Shown: piece by piece, positions 17,364 through 26,507 of the stretch
How positions within the stretch are numbered: position 1 is the stretch's first letter
How the letters are laid out: every line of letters starts with the position of its first letter
DNA from: Candidatus Parcubacteria bacterium
Lineage (GTDB): Bacteria > Patescibacteriota > Saccharimonadia > UBA4664 > JBIOIQ01
Reading direction: 5' to 3'
NCBI GenBank assembly: GCA_963718875.1
Contig: OY970378.1
Coordinates: forward strand, 872,265 to 936,264
Length of the DNA: 64,000 bases
Notes under the pieces: generated by a model
What the model was told of the DNA's origin: nothing
The model's database searches: none
Seen by the model: the letters and a program-made list of their open reading frames with translations, nothing else
Program-made: the position numbers and the translations under genes

Positions 17364-18308
17364 TTAGAATACGGGGGTACAGGTATAGACTAGAGTGCCT
17401 CGGTATACACCTGCTTCTGTTACGCCGGTGTATTTGAGTCGGTAGCCCACATTTACTTGATCATTGGCAATGGCCGTAGCATTGTAAGCTACTTGATCCG
17501 GAGTGGTGGTAAGACCGGCAAACAGATCATCCGAAGCGGTAAATCGAGTGGCTACGCCGGATAGGGTGGCGTCGTTAGTGGTGTAGCCAAACGTTTCGGC
17601 GGGAGTGACGGCAGTAGAGGCAGGCGTGGCGTTTGTTCCGGTGGAGTTAGTGATGCTCTTAGTAGCATCACTAATGAGCTTTAGGAAGTCACCACTGGTT
17701 TGCTTGCCTTGGACGGTTACTTGGTAGCCACTATTAGCGTTGGTACTGGTAGCCAGCTGTTGAGCGCAGTCATAGGTAGTGTCAGCTGAAAGTGGCGAGG
17801 CTGGACTACCAAAGGTAACGGCGGTGGCAGTATCGGTACATTTGGCGTCAACTGCCAGGGAACCTTTAAAGGTGGTGGCTGGAGCAAGTCCAGAGACAGT
17901 AAAGCTTAGAGTCGAGTCGATCGTGGCACTTACCAGTACGCTAGGAACCGTTACAAAACCAATCACAGTGGCGTCAACCAGAGTGGCGCACGTGTCATCA
18001 CTGTAGGTGTTTATTTCAATATAAAATGTGCCTCCGCTTGATGAAGTGGGATTCGTAAGTAACTGGATGGGGGTGGTGATTTGGGTACCAGATGTCACTG
18101 ACGCACCAGTGACATTGGTTTCTTTTACCGTTCCAGCCGTACTGTTGTCGATAGTCCAGTTGGCAGCCGTTAAGTTAGTGAAAACACCGTTGGTTGCGGC
18201 AGAGTTAGAAAAACCGGTCGGCGTTGTACCTTGACCGGCATTGGGCGAAGTACTCCAACGATACGTAAAACACTCAAGCGTGGCGGTAGTACTAGCCATC
18301 CAGCTCAA
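17364..18308 (-). CDS. Secreted WxL-like surface protein (...GVYRGTLVYTCTPVF). The true N-terminus probably extends to a GTG near 18503 through a second frameshift.
   Basis: The in-frame upstream sequence encodes ...AAGGLTNASATLSDPRPDAPAASVSY, matching the paralog N-termini. A signal peptide (RRNSTVNGRFRRLFNAVIVASIGLFTFNGLFSAV) lies in another frame, separated at a T/A-rich stretch around 18385-18400. Confidence 0.5.
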   Translation of the reverse strand: MSWMASTTATLECFTYRWSTSPNAGQGTTPTGFSNSAATNGVFTNLTAANWTIDNSTAGTVKETNVTGASVTSGTQITTPIQLLTNPTSSSGGTFYIEINTYSDDTCATLVDATVIGFVTVPSVLVSATIDSTLSFTVSGLAPATTFKGSLAVDAKCTDTATAVTFGSPASPLSADTTYDCAQQLATSTNANSGYQVTVQGKQTSGDFLKLISDATKSITNSTGTNATPASTAVTPAETFGYTTNDATLSGVATRFTASDDLFAGLTTTPDQVAYNATAIANDQVNVGYRLKYTGVTEAGVYRGTLVYTCTPVF

Positions 18309-18614
18309 AGTATAACTTACGCTGGCTGCAGGAGCGTCGGGGCGGGGGTCGCTTAATGTTGCACTAGCGTTAGTTAAACCGCCGGCGGCAAAACGGCCGA
18401 AAACAGACCATTGAACGTAAATAATCCAATACTAGCTACTATAACTGCGTTAAATAAGCGCCGAAAGCGCCCATTAACGGTAGAATTTCTCCTCACAAGA
18501 ACTCCTCACCTTTTATTTGTTGCATTAAGCATAACCATAATGAAAGGCTTGGTCAATAGTTTTTGCGAATCAAGAATCATGAATTATGAATAAAGGGAGA
18601 AGCGCAGCTTTGAT

Positions 18615-19322
18615 CTAGGCTCCGAAGCGACGGTTACGCTTAGCGTAATCAACTAGCGCCTCCTCCAGATCGGCTACCGTAAAGGCCGGCCAATATTTTA
18701 AGACGAATTTAAGCTCAGCGTAGGCGGCTGACCAAAGCATAAAACCACTTAGGCGCTGCTCGCCTGACGTCCGGATAATCAAATCAATTGGCGGGACGGA
18801 TGGGTCGTAAAGGTGTTGAGCTAGTTTGTCCGGAGTTACATCGTCTGCCTTTACCCCCGCACGAATCATGCTAGCTGCCGCGTCGGCTAGTTCTTGTTGG
18901 CCACCATAATTGAGGCATAGAATAATAGTTCCAGCGGTGTTTTTGGCTGTTTTTGCCTCAGCAGCCCTAATTGCAGCCGTAATTGCCGAATCTAGGTTTG
19001 TATTAGAACCCATAAAAACAACCCGTACGTTCTTTTTATGAAGCTTATTAACTTCATGGGTTGCTACCCACTTTAATAAATCCATCAGGTATGCAACTTC
19101 GGCTGGATCGCGCTGCCAATTTTCGGTGGAAAAAGCAAAAACTGAGACGTATTTTATACCCCTTTTAAAAGCTGCCTCCGCCACTAGCTTCATTCGCAAG
19201 TAGCCTCGGCGGTGGCCCTCGAAAGGTTTTAATCCCTGCTGCTTGGCCCAACGGCGATTTCCGTCAGGAATAAAGCCAATGTGCAGAGGTACTTGGGATG
19301 AGCTTGGATGATTGTTTTTCAT
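18615..19322 (-). CDS. uppS: Undecaprenyl diphosphate synthase (isoprenyl transferase)
   Basis: GFIPDGNRRWAK, VSVFAFSTENWQR, RVVFMGS, ELKFVLKYWP: canonical cis-prenyltransferase motifs. Confidence 0.9.
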   Translation of the reverse strand: MKNNHPSSSQVPLHIGFIPDGNRRWAKQQGLKPFEGHRRGYLRMKLVAEAAFKRGIKYVSVFAFSTENWQRDPAEVAYLMDLLKWVATHEVNKLHKKNVRVVFMGSNTNLDSAITAAIRAAEAKTAKNTAGTIILCLNYGGQQELADAAASMIRAGVKADDVTPDKLAQHLYDPSVPPIDLIIRTSGEQRLSGFMLWSAAYAELKFVLKYWPAFTVADLEEALVDYAKRNRRFGA

Positions 19323-19393
19323 GTATCAATATTACCACTGTTGGAAGGGCTTAATGGCCGAGTGTTGATAAAATTATAATTTTACCTTAATAA

Positions 19394-19432
19394 ACTATCG
19401 CCGTAGCATCCCCTTCCGAGGGTGCTACGGCG
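19394..19432 (-). terminator. GC-rich hairpin (ATCGCCGTAGCA...TGCTACGGCGAT) immediately downstream of the high-GC ORF 19448..19897
   Basis: 12-bp perfect stem with extended pairing; A/T-rich after it on the minus strand. Confidence 0.5.
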
Positions 19433-19447
19433 ATGTTGGCGTCGCTC

Positions 19448-19897
19448 TCAGACGGTGCGAACGACGGTGCGCTGCGTGCAGTGCTTGACGCCCCGCGCGA
19501 AGGCGCGGGTGTGGAGGATGCTGACCTCGTCGCCGACCAGCAGGAGCTGGTTGGTCATTGCGTGGGCGCTCCCGTCCGCGGGCGCAGCCACATTGGCCGG
19601 AATGACCACCCCGTAGATCCGGTGGTAGCGGTCGAGGTCGGTCTGCGAGATGTAGTGGTCGCCACCGTGCGTGCGGTGATGCTCCACGCCCTTGCCGATC
19701 ATGGCCAGGGTTCCTCGCGCGAGGGCCTCGTTGCAGGGAACGCCGGCTGCCCGGCACTCCTGGATGTACTTGGCGACGACTTGTCCCTCGGTCGGCTTGA
19801 CCGGCGGCTGATCACCGGGGGGTAGGACGGCTCGGACGGCAGCGGTGACGTTGCCGACAGCTGAGGCAACACGCTGTCGGCGTGTAGTCGTACTCAT
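19448..19897 (-). CDS. Hypothetical protein in a high-GC island
   Basis: 149-aa ORF in a ~65% GC segment with many overlapping alternative-frame ORFs. No confident domain assignment. Confidence 0.4.
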   Translation of the reverse strand: MSTTTRRQRVASAVGNVTAAVRAVLPPGDQPPVKPTEGQVVAKYIQECRAAGVPCNEALARGTLAMIGKGVEHHRTHGGDHYISQTDLDRYHRIYGVVIPANVAAPADGSAHAMTNQLLLVGDEVSILHTRAFARGVKHCTQRTVVRTV

Positions 19898-20134
19898 TCT
19901 TGGACCATCTCCTTGTCGGACCCGCTCAGGATGATGCGAGTAAGGTTACTATATGCCCGCTTGTTCGAGAAAGTCAACAGTTGTTTATGCCGAAAAAAAC
20001 GTCTTTCTGTATCTATCACAGAGTAGGACAAATAAATTACTTATGAAAAAGAGGGCTACACGTAAAAAAGAGTTGTGTTGATACTTATTTTAAAAGAAAA
20101 TTTTTGTTTTTTGTACCTAGGGCCACATACAGGT

Positions 20135-20431
20135 TTAGCTAGGATCGGGGCGCCTGTTGTGAGCCAGTTGCTTGCGAGCAGAGAGCGATAAAGTTAGCAC
20201 TACCGCTGAATATACCAGCCCCGTGACACAGCTACTTATTATGGAGGCGTGGGTGCTAACAACCAAATATGTGCCGGTGGATAGAGTAGCTCCCATTAAG
20301 CCGTAAGACAATTGCAACTTTGTTTTTGATGGCCTAAAAAACAAAAAAGTTGAGAATGCCACACTGGCTAGGGCTATCACGATGTGAATAAGTAATACCA
20401 TTACCAGTATTCTAAGGTAAAAGCTGACCAA
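20135..20431 (-). CDS. Hypothetical small membrane protein downstream of ctaB
   Basis: 98-aa ORF, hydrophobic, 20-nt overlap with the ctaB start region. Low support. Confidence 0.3.
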   Translation of the reverse strand: MVSFYLRILVMVLLIHIVIALASVAFSTFLFFRPSKTKLQLSYGLMGATLSTGTYLVVSTHASIISSCVTGLVYSAVVLTLSLSARKQLAHNRRPDPS

Positions 20432-21266
20432 AAGAAACCATTATTGAAAATGTCATAAGTACTTTGAGCGAAAACAAAAACATCTGGCGCCCCCATTGTT
20501 TATCGTCGATGGTATTAAATCCTTTTATTCCCTTACCAAGCCAAATAAGCCCAAGAATCAGCATCACTACCATATATATGTAGCCGCTATAGTGCAGAGC
20601 TGTCAAAGAGAAAGTAGCCAGTATAAACGCTACAATATATATGAGTATTTGAATTTTGGTCGTACGGGAGCCTTTTACAACCGGTAAAACTGGTATTCCA
20701 GCTGCCGCATAGTCATCCTGACGGTACATTGCTATGGCGTAAAAGTGCGGCATCTGCCAAAACACCAAAATCAAAAACAAAATGAGCGCTCCCCCATCGA
20801 AATGATTCGTAACGGCCACATATCCAGCGGCCGGTGGCATAGCTCCGGCAATACTGCCAATGATGGTGCCTAAAGGACCACGTCGCTTGGTGAATCCATA
20901 GATTGCTACATAGGTTATAAAACCCACGAGCCCTAGAAGAGCGGTTAAGACATTTGTGCCTATCAATAAAATCAAAAAGCCTAAAAGTTTTAGAATTGTG
21001 CCAAATAACAAGGCTGTAGAAGCGCTAATTTTGCCGGTGACCAGAGCTCGATTTTTTGTGCGCGCCATTTTTTGGTCAATACCGCGATCGATGTAATTAT
21101 TAAAAACACAAGCCGACGCTATCACCAGGGCAATGCCAATGAGAGTTGCGACCAACAAGCCAGCGTTAATTTTTAATTTTGACGCTAGCAGAAACCCGGC
21201 CGTGGCAGTAATAAGATTGCCATAAATAATGCCCGGCTTAGTGAGCCGGTAGTAGGTCTTGAACAA
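20412..21266 (-). CDS. ctaB: Protoheme IX farnesyltransferase (heme O synthase), UbiA family
   Basis: UbiA motif NNYIDRGIDQKMARTKNRALVTG. Multi-TM. Adjacent and divergent to the quinol oxidase operon. Confidence 0.85.
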   Translation of the reverse strand: MFKTYYRLTKPGIIYGNLITATAGFLLASKLKINAGLLVATLIGIALVIASACVFNNYIDRGIDQKMARTKNRALVTGKISASTALLFGTILKLLGFLILLIGTNVLTALLGLVGFITYVAIYGFTKRRGPLGTIIGSIAGAMPPAAGYVAVTNHFDGGALILFLILVFWQMPHFYAIAMYRQDDYAAAGIPVLPVVKGSRTTKIQILIYIVAFILATFSLTALHYSGYIYMVVMLILGLIWLGKGIKGFNTIDDKQWGRQMFLFSLKVLMTFSIMVSFGQLLP

Positions 21267-21276
21267 AACTATTTTT

Positions 21277-21846
21277 TTATTCCTTCAATTTTTTAGCAAG
21301 CAGCGAACCGACTGCATGGTGAATATGTGTGTTCCCGGTATCATCCGCTTCTTCCCGAGAATCCTCAAGAGGTCCAACCTCCTTGTACCCCAGCCTTTCA
21401 TAAAGCTCTCTTGCTCTGGGGTTGTCATCCTCAACTCCCAACATTGCTGTAACGACACCACGCTGCCTTATTCGCTCTTCCATTTCTGCAATCAACCTAG
21501 TGCCTAGCCCTAAGCCACGCAATGATTCCATCGTCGCAAGCTGCCACATATAGCCACCACCTTCGTGGTACATATAATCAATGCCGCCAATCGAAACAGG
21601 CTTACCGTTAGGAGCCCTTACCGCAAGATAGTCGACTTCGCCGGATGCTACCCTGTCTAAAGCTCGTTGAACTGAAAAAGGGTGTGATGGTCCGCCCGAC
21701 CATCCAATACCCCCCATGTCGGCTTCAGTAAGGTCAGTCACAGAAAGTGAATCAACTCCGGCAAGCTCAATCTGCCTCCGAACTTGTTGGGTCAGCGCAG
21801 TTTCATTGTCTCTCTCGTCGAAAGCATTTGCGTCGTTTTCGTTCAT
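21277..21846 (-). CDS. GNAT family N-acetyltransferase
   Basis: RGLGLGTRLIAEMEERIRQRGV (acetyl-CoA binding motif A) and LGVEDDNPRARELYERLGYK. Confidence 0.8.
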   Translation of the reverse strand: MNENDANAFDERDNETALTQQVRRQIELAGVDSLSVTDLTEADMGGIGWSGGPSHPFSVQRALDRVASGEVDYLAVRAPNGKPVSIGGIDYMYHEGGGYMWQLATMESLRGLGLGTRLIAEMEERIRQRGVVTAMLGVEDDNPRARELYERLGYKEVGPLEDSREEADDTGNTHIHHAVGSLLAKKLKE

Positions 21847-21951
21847 ATTGTGTAGGTTAGCATAAATTTTCTTTTCTGACAGGTAGGAGGATCTAGGGTC
21901 ATGGTATAGTTATTATTATGATAGCGGTTACGTCTACATGGGTTTAGGTTA

Positions 21952-22872
21952 GTGTCAAAAGTGAGCAAAAAAAGACTTAATCCGGGATGGATTGCGTTAG
22001 GCGCTTTTCTGGCGATAGTCGATTTTGTATTGCTCATCAGATATTTGCTGCACGGTAAAAACGTTGCAGTGTTTAACCCGCAAGGGTTGATTGCTCACGA
22101 GCAACTTAGTCTTATAATCTTAGTTGTAACTGTGCTCCTTACTATTGGCATCCCTACACTTTTTTTGCTGTTTTTTACAGCCTGGAAATATAGGGAATCG
22201 AATACCAAAGCAGTTCGTGTTTCTAACGGCCATCATAGTAAGTTTCTCTTCCTTGCTATATGGCTAATCCCAACCACGTTTATGATTGTACTTGCTACTA
22301 TCATGTGGTCCGCTACCCATAGGCTGGTTCCGCAAGAATCGATTGTTTCTGACGTTAAGCCCTTGAGAATCCAGGTCGTATCAATGCGCTGGAAGTGGTT
22401 GTTTATATATCCCGATCAAAAAATTGCGACGGTCAATTTTGTTCAGATTCCGCTAAATACACCGGTCCAATTTGAATTAACCGCCGATGAAGCGCCAATG
22501 AGTTCGTTCTGGATCCCAAATCTTGGCGGCCAACTGTACTCAATGACTGGCCATGTCAACCGTTTAAACCTGATGGCTGAGACGCCCGGAGATTATCCGG
22601 GGTCGTCGGCCGAAATAAATGGGGCTGGCTTTGCCGGCATGAAATTTACCGCCCGCGCCAGTAATACGGAAGATTTTGACAGTTGGGTTCAAGAAGTAAA
22701 GCAATCTCCAGATGTGCTCGATGCTGCTACATACCAAAGTATATTAAAACCGAGCGAAAACAATCCCACCGCATTCTATTCGGCCTACGACAGCAGCCTG
22801 TATGATAAAGTGGTTATGAAATATATGGGTTCACACGCCCACAAACCAACAAAATACGAGGCGGGACACTAA
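21952..22872 (+). CDS. cyoA: Quinol oxidase subunit II (CyoA-like, no CuA ligands)
   Basis: SSFWIPNLGGQLYSMTGHVNRLNLMAETPGDYPGSSAEINGAGFAGMKFTA closely parallels E. coli CyoA ([51 protein letters not shown]). No Cys/His CuA motif. Confidence 0.85.
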   Translation: MSKVSKKRLNPGWIALGAFLAIVDFVLLIRYLLHGKNVAVFNPQGLIAHEQLSLIILVVTVLLTIGIPTLFLLFFTAWKYRESNTKAVRVSNGHHSKFLFLAIWLIPTTFMIVLATIMWSATHRLVPQESIVSDVKPLRIQVVSMRWKWLFIYPDQKIATVNFVQIPLNTPVQFELTADEAPMSSFWIPNLGGQLYSMTGHVNRLNLMAETPGDYPGSSAEINGAGFAGMKFTARASNTEDFDSWVQEVKQSPDVLDAATYQSILKPSENNPTAFYSAYDSSLYDKVVMKYMGSHAHKPTKYEAGH

Positions 22873-24962
22873 TGAAAGAACTACTTCTTGGTAAATTAGA
22901 CTGGAGCGCATTGCCACACGAATGGTTTACCATTGCTGGATCGATAGCCTTTATCGCTTTGGCATTAATTGTCGCCATTGTCATCACCCGTCAGAAACGC
23001 TGGAAATGGCTGTGGAACGAATGGCTGACATCGGTTGATCCAAAAAAGATTGGAATCATGTACTTTATTGTTGGAGGCTTTATGCTTCTGCGCGGGGGCT
23101 TGGATGCCATTATGTTATGGCTCCAGCAAGCCCTGTCAGCCGGCTCTTCACACGGCTTCCTTTCGGCTGACCATTTCCAGCAAATCTTTACAGCTCACGG
23201 TAATATCATGGTTTTCTTTGTGGCCATGGCCTTTATTTTTGGACTTATTAACTACATTGTGCCGCTACAGATTGGTGCGCGTGACCTGGCGTCACCCTTC
23301 TTGAACACCTTGGGATTTTGGCTATATGTCGGTGGAGTCCTCATGGTAAACATGTTCTTCCTCTTTGGTGGCGAATATGCCGCGACGGGCTGGCTGGCGG
23401 TTGCTCCATTGAGCGGGAAAGAATTTAGCCCAGGAGTGGGTGTGGATTATTGGATATGGAGCCTGCAGATTTCTGGTATTGGTACAACGCTCGGTGCTAT
23501 TAACTTTATTATGACGATTCTAAAAATGCGCGCACCAGGCATGAGCTTTCGAAAGATGCCGCTGTTTACCTGGGGTAGCTTATGCAGCATGCTCATGGCA
23601 GTAACCGTGTTCCCGCTGCTTACCGCAACGCTCTTCTTGATGTTTTTTGACCGGTATTTAGGCACGCACTTTTTTACGACCACGGGCGGCGGTGATCCCA
23701 TGATGTATACCAATCTTATTTGGATGTGGGGACACCCAGAGGTTTATATTTTGATGCTGCCTGCCTTTGGAGTGTTTTCTGAAGTAGTTTCAACATTTAG
23801 CCGCAAGAAAATTGCCAGCTATACGTCAAACGTACTGGGGATGATTGGCGTTTCAGCGCTGGCCCTTTCTGTGTGGTTGCATCATTTCTTTACCATGGGT
23901 GCGGGTGCAAATGTAAATGCATTCTTTGGGGTTATGACAATGATAATTGCAATACCGACATCTGTCTTGGTGTTTACGTGGATAGCTACTATGCACAAAG
24001 GGCGAATACGGTTTGATACGCCTATGCTATGGTTCCTTGGGTTTATCTCTATATTTGCAATTGGCGGCATGGCCGGTGTAATGCTGGCCGTGCCGCCGGC
24101 AGATTTCCAGCTGCACAATAGTCTGTTCCTGGTGGCGCATTTCCATTCTATGGTCATTGGCGGAGTGCTGTTTGGTATCTTTTGCGGCATAACGTACTGG
24201 TTTCCAAAGATTACGGGCTTTAAGCTTAATGAGCGGATTGGCCGGAATGCCTTTTGGTGCTGGATAATTGGATTCTGCATGTCTTTTATTCCAATGTACG
24301 TACTGGGGCTTATGGGAGCCACAAGGCGGCTTGACCATTACGACTCTTCCACTGGCTGGCAGCCATTGTTTATCCTCATGTTGATCGGTGGGATAATCAT
24401 CATGGCGGGTGTGGCTTTGCAGCTTGCCCAGATTTTAGCCAGTGTTATCCAGAAAAAACGCTTGCGCGATACAACCGGTGATCCCTGGAATGGGCGAACC
24501 CTGGAATGGGCTACCGCTTCACCGCCACAGTTTTACAATTTTACCGTTATCCCACACGTTACCACTCGCGATGCATTTTGGGAAATGAAGCAACACGGAC
24601 TACCAAAACCCGCCTATGAAGATATCCATATGCCCAAAAATACAGCTGCTGGCATATATATATCTATCTTTGCCTTCTTGGTTGGCTTTGCTTTTGTGTG
24701 GGAGATTATCTGGCTGGCTGTGGTATCGATAATTGGCATTATTGTAGTGTTTGTTATTCACGCCTTCAACGAACACAGCGAGTACATCCTTACGGCTGCA
24801 GAGGTGCAACAACTCGAGGAAGCTAGGATAAAGAAAGCCCCGGTTGCTAGCCCAAACAAGCATGACGATGCGGATGAAGATATGAGTGTTTGGAAACTTG
24901 TAAAAGTTGTGTTTGCATTCATTTGGGATGTTGTAAAAAACAAACGGTGGCGAAAATGGTAA
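22872..24962 (+). CDS. cyoB: Heme-copper quinol oxidase subunit I
   Basis: GHPEVYILMLPAFGVFSEV, WLHHFFTMGA, 12+ TM segments. Confidence 0.95.
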   Translation: MKELLLGKLDWSALPHEWFTIAGSIAFIALALIVAIVITRQKRWKWLWNEWLTSVDPKKIGIMYFIVGGFMLLRGGLDAIMLWLQQALSAGSSHGFLSADHFQQIFTAHGNIMVFFVAMAFIFGLINYIVPLQIGARDLASPFLNTLGFWLYVGGVLMVNMFFLFGGEYAATGWLAVAPLSGKEFSPGVGVDYWIWSLQISGIGTTLGAINFIMTILKMRAPGMSFRKMPLFTWGSLCSMLMAVTVFPLLTATLFLMFFDRYLGTHFFTTTGGGDPMMYTNLIWMWGHPEVYILMLPAFGVFSEVVSTFSRKKIASYTSNVLGMIGVSALALSVWLHHFFTMGAGANVNAFFGVMTMIIAIPTSVLVFTWIATMHKGRIRFDTPMLWFLGFISIFAIGGMAGVMLAVPPADFQLHNSLFLVAHFHSMVIGGVLFGIFCGITYWFPKITGFKLNERIGRNAFWCWIIGFCMSFIPMYVLGLMGATRRLDHYDSSTGWQPLFILMLIGGIIIMAGVALQLAQILASVIQKKRLRDTTGDPWNGRTLEWATASPPQFYNFTVIPHVTTRDAFWEMKQHGLPKPAYEDIHMPKNTAAGIYISIFAFLVGFAFVWEIIWLAVVSIIGIIVVFVIHAFNEHSEYILTAAEVQQLEEARIKKAPVASPNKHDDADEDMSVWKLVKVVFAFIWDVVKNKRWRKW

Positions 24963-25549
24963 CAGAACCCGGGATGAGCCACCACGAATCAGAAGCCAAC
25001 GATAGAGCAATGTTTGGTTTCTGGGTTTATTTGATGACAGATCTTTTAATGTTTGCTGTTCTTTTCGCAGTGTACGCGGTGTTGCACAGCCATACGCTCG
25101 GCGGAGAGTCAGGACGTGAACTGTTTAGCCTCCCGCTGGCATTGACTGAAACCCTGATTCTTCTCACTAGTAGCTTTACGTGCGGGATCGCCATGATCGC
25201 TGCTCGCCGGGGCAACAAAACCCAAACACTCTTTTGGTTCGGCATTACGTTTGCACTTGGTCTGGCTTTCCTTGGTTTGGAATTGAAAGAATTTGCTGAG
25301 TTTATTCATGAGGGCCACACTCTACGCAGCAATGCATTCTTGTCCTCGTTCTTTGTGCTGGTGGGAACGCACGGGCTACACATTACTTCCGGACTGCTGT
25401 GGATGGCGATTACCCTGGGATTTATTTTGAAACGTGGACTTAACTCTCACATGGTGCGCAAGTTGGCCTTGCTAAGCTTGTTTTGGCACTTTCTGGATAT
25501 TGTGTGGATCTTTATCTTCACCATTGTGTACTTAAGGGCATTCGTATGA
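24956..25549 (+). CDS. cyoC: Quinol oxidase subunit III
   Basis: FGFWVYLMTDLLMFAVLFAVYAVL... resembles the CyoC N-terminus. ATGGTAA overlap with the cyoB stop. Confidence 0.9.
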   Translation: MVTEPGMSHHESEANDRAMFGFWVYLMTDLLMFAVLFAVYAVLHSHTLGGESGRELFSLPLALTETLILLTSSFTCGIAMIAARRGNKTQTLFWFGITFALGLAFLGLELKEFAEFIHEGHTLRSNAFLSSFFVLVGTHGLHITSGLLWMAITLGFILKRGLNSHMVRKLALLSLFWHFLDIVWIFIFTIVYLRAFV

Positions 25550-26239
25550 GCACTCCATCACACAACTCAAATGGCGAGTCAAAGAGCGAACATGGAACTA
25601 TGGCATCCTATGTAATCGGATTTATACTGTCTTTGGTATTCACCTTCATACCGTACTATTTGGTGGTAAGCCAAACCATTTCGGGTAACTGCTTTGCTGG
25701 CAACAATATTAGTATTTGCTGTGATACAAATGATCGTCCAAATAACATTTTTTCTGCACTTGGGGCGTGGGCCAAAACCAAATTGGAACTTGTTCTTCTT
25801 CATAGCGACGGTCGGTATTATTCTGGTCGTGGTGGGAGGCTCAATACTGATTATCAACAACCTGTACTACAATATGCTGCCACTAGACCAGGCCAAGAAG
25901 CTTACAAACGGTGAGGGTATATACCAGATAGGTGGTGAAAAGACCGGAGCTTGTCAGGAGATACAAGCCAATCACAAAATTACGATTAAAAATGGCTTAG
26001 TGAGTCCTCTGCACACTATAGCGCATAAGTGCGACACACTGACGTTTATCAATGAAGACAATGAAGTGCGAGAAATTACTTTTGGAACGCATCCTGAGCA
26101 CGGTGTGTATGCAGGGGAAGATGAACTGGTGGTTCGAAAAGGGCGAAGCAAGTCAATAACGCTGTCTGAGCCGGGTACCTATCAGTTCCATGATCATTTA
26201 CAAGCCGAGATAGCCGGCGACTTTTCCGTAACCCCGTGA
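25546..26239 (+). CDS. cyoD: Quinol oxidase subunit IV (CyoD-like) that needs a +1 frameshift near 25685, with an unusual ~115-aa C-terminal cupredoxin-like extension
   Basis: The cyoC frame encodes TM1 (SYVIGFILSLVFTFIPYYLVV). The +1 frame (open from 25670) encodes ATILVFAVIQMIVQITFFLHLG...WNLFFFIATVGIILVVVGGSILIINNLYYNM, matching CyoD. It then continues to 26239 with a beta-rich segment containing His and Cys residues. Confidence 0.55.
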
Positions 26240-26261
26240 ATAGCCTGAGCTCAACACCCCG

Positions 26262-26466
26262 ACTGTCATCCCGGACCGGAAGCCGAGCCAAACAAATGGG
26301 CAGCTCGGTGCTCCGGATCCGGCCATCGACTCTGAGGCCTGTAGTCCTCAGGCTCAGGCTCGAAGAGGATCTCTTGTCTAGATTAAGAGGTTCTCAAATA
26401 TTAGGAACGGCCATTTGATACTAGCCACGCCACGGCGCATCTTCGACTTCCTCTTCAGGATGATTG
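26262..26466. repeat. MITE-like intergenic repeat, copy C. Ends CTGTCATCCCGGA / CCTCTTCAGGATGATTG, core GGATCTCTTGTCTAGATTAAGAGG.
   Basis: Shares core and end motifs with 11505-11627. Also contains CTTCGACTTCCTC, which is related to the 25-bp repeat family. Confidence 0.5.
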
Positions 26467-26507
26467 TTAAATGCTACAATTAGCTCTTATTGTAATGGAT
26501 TTGCAAC

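Noticed and set aside
23035-24338. Internal and antisense ORFs within cyoB (23035..23304, 23447..23713, 23882..24322, 24027..24338)
   Set aside because: Nested inside a highly confident subunit I gene. No independent support.
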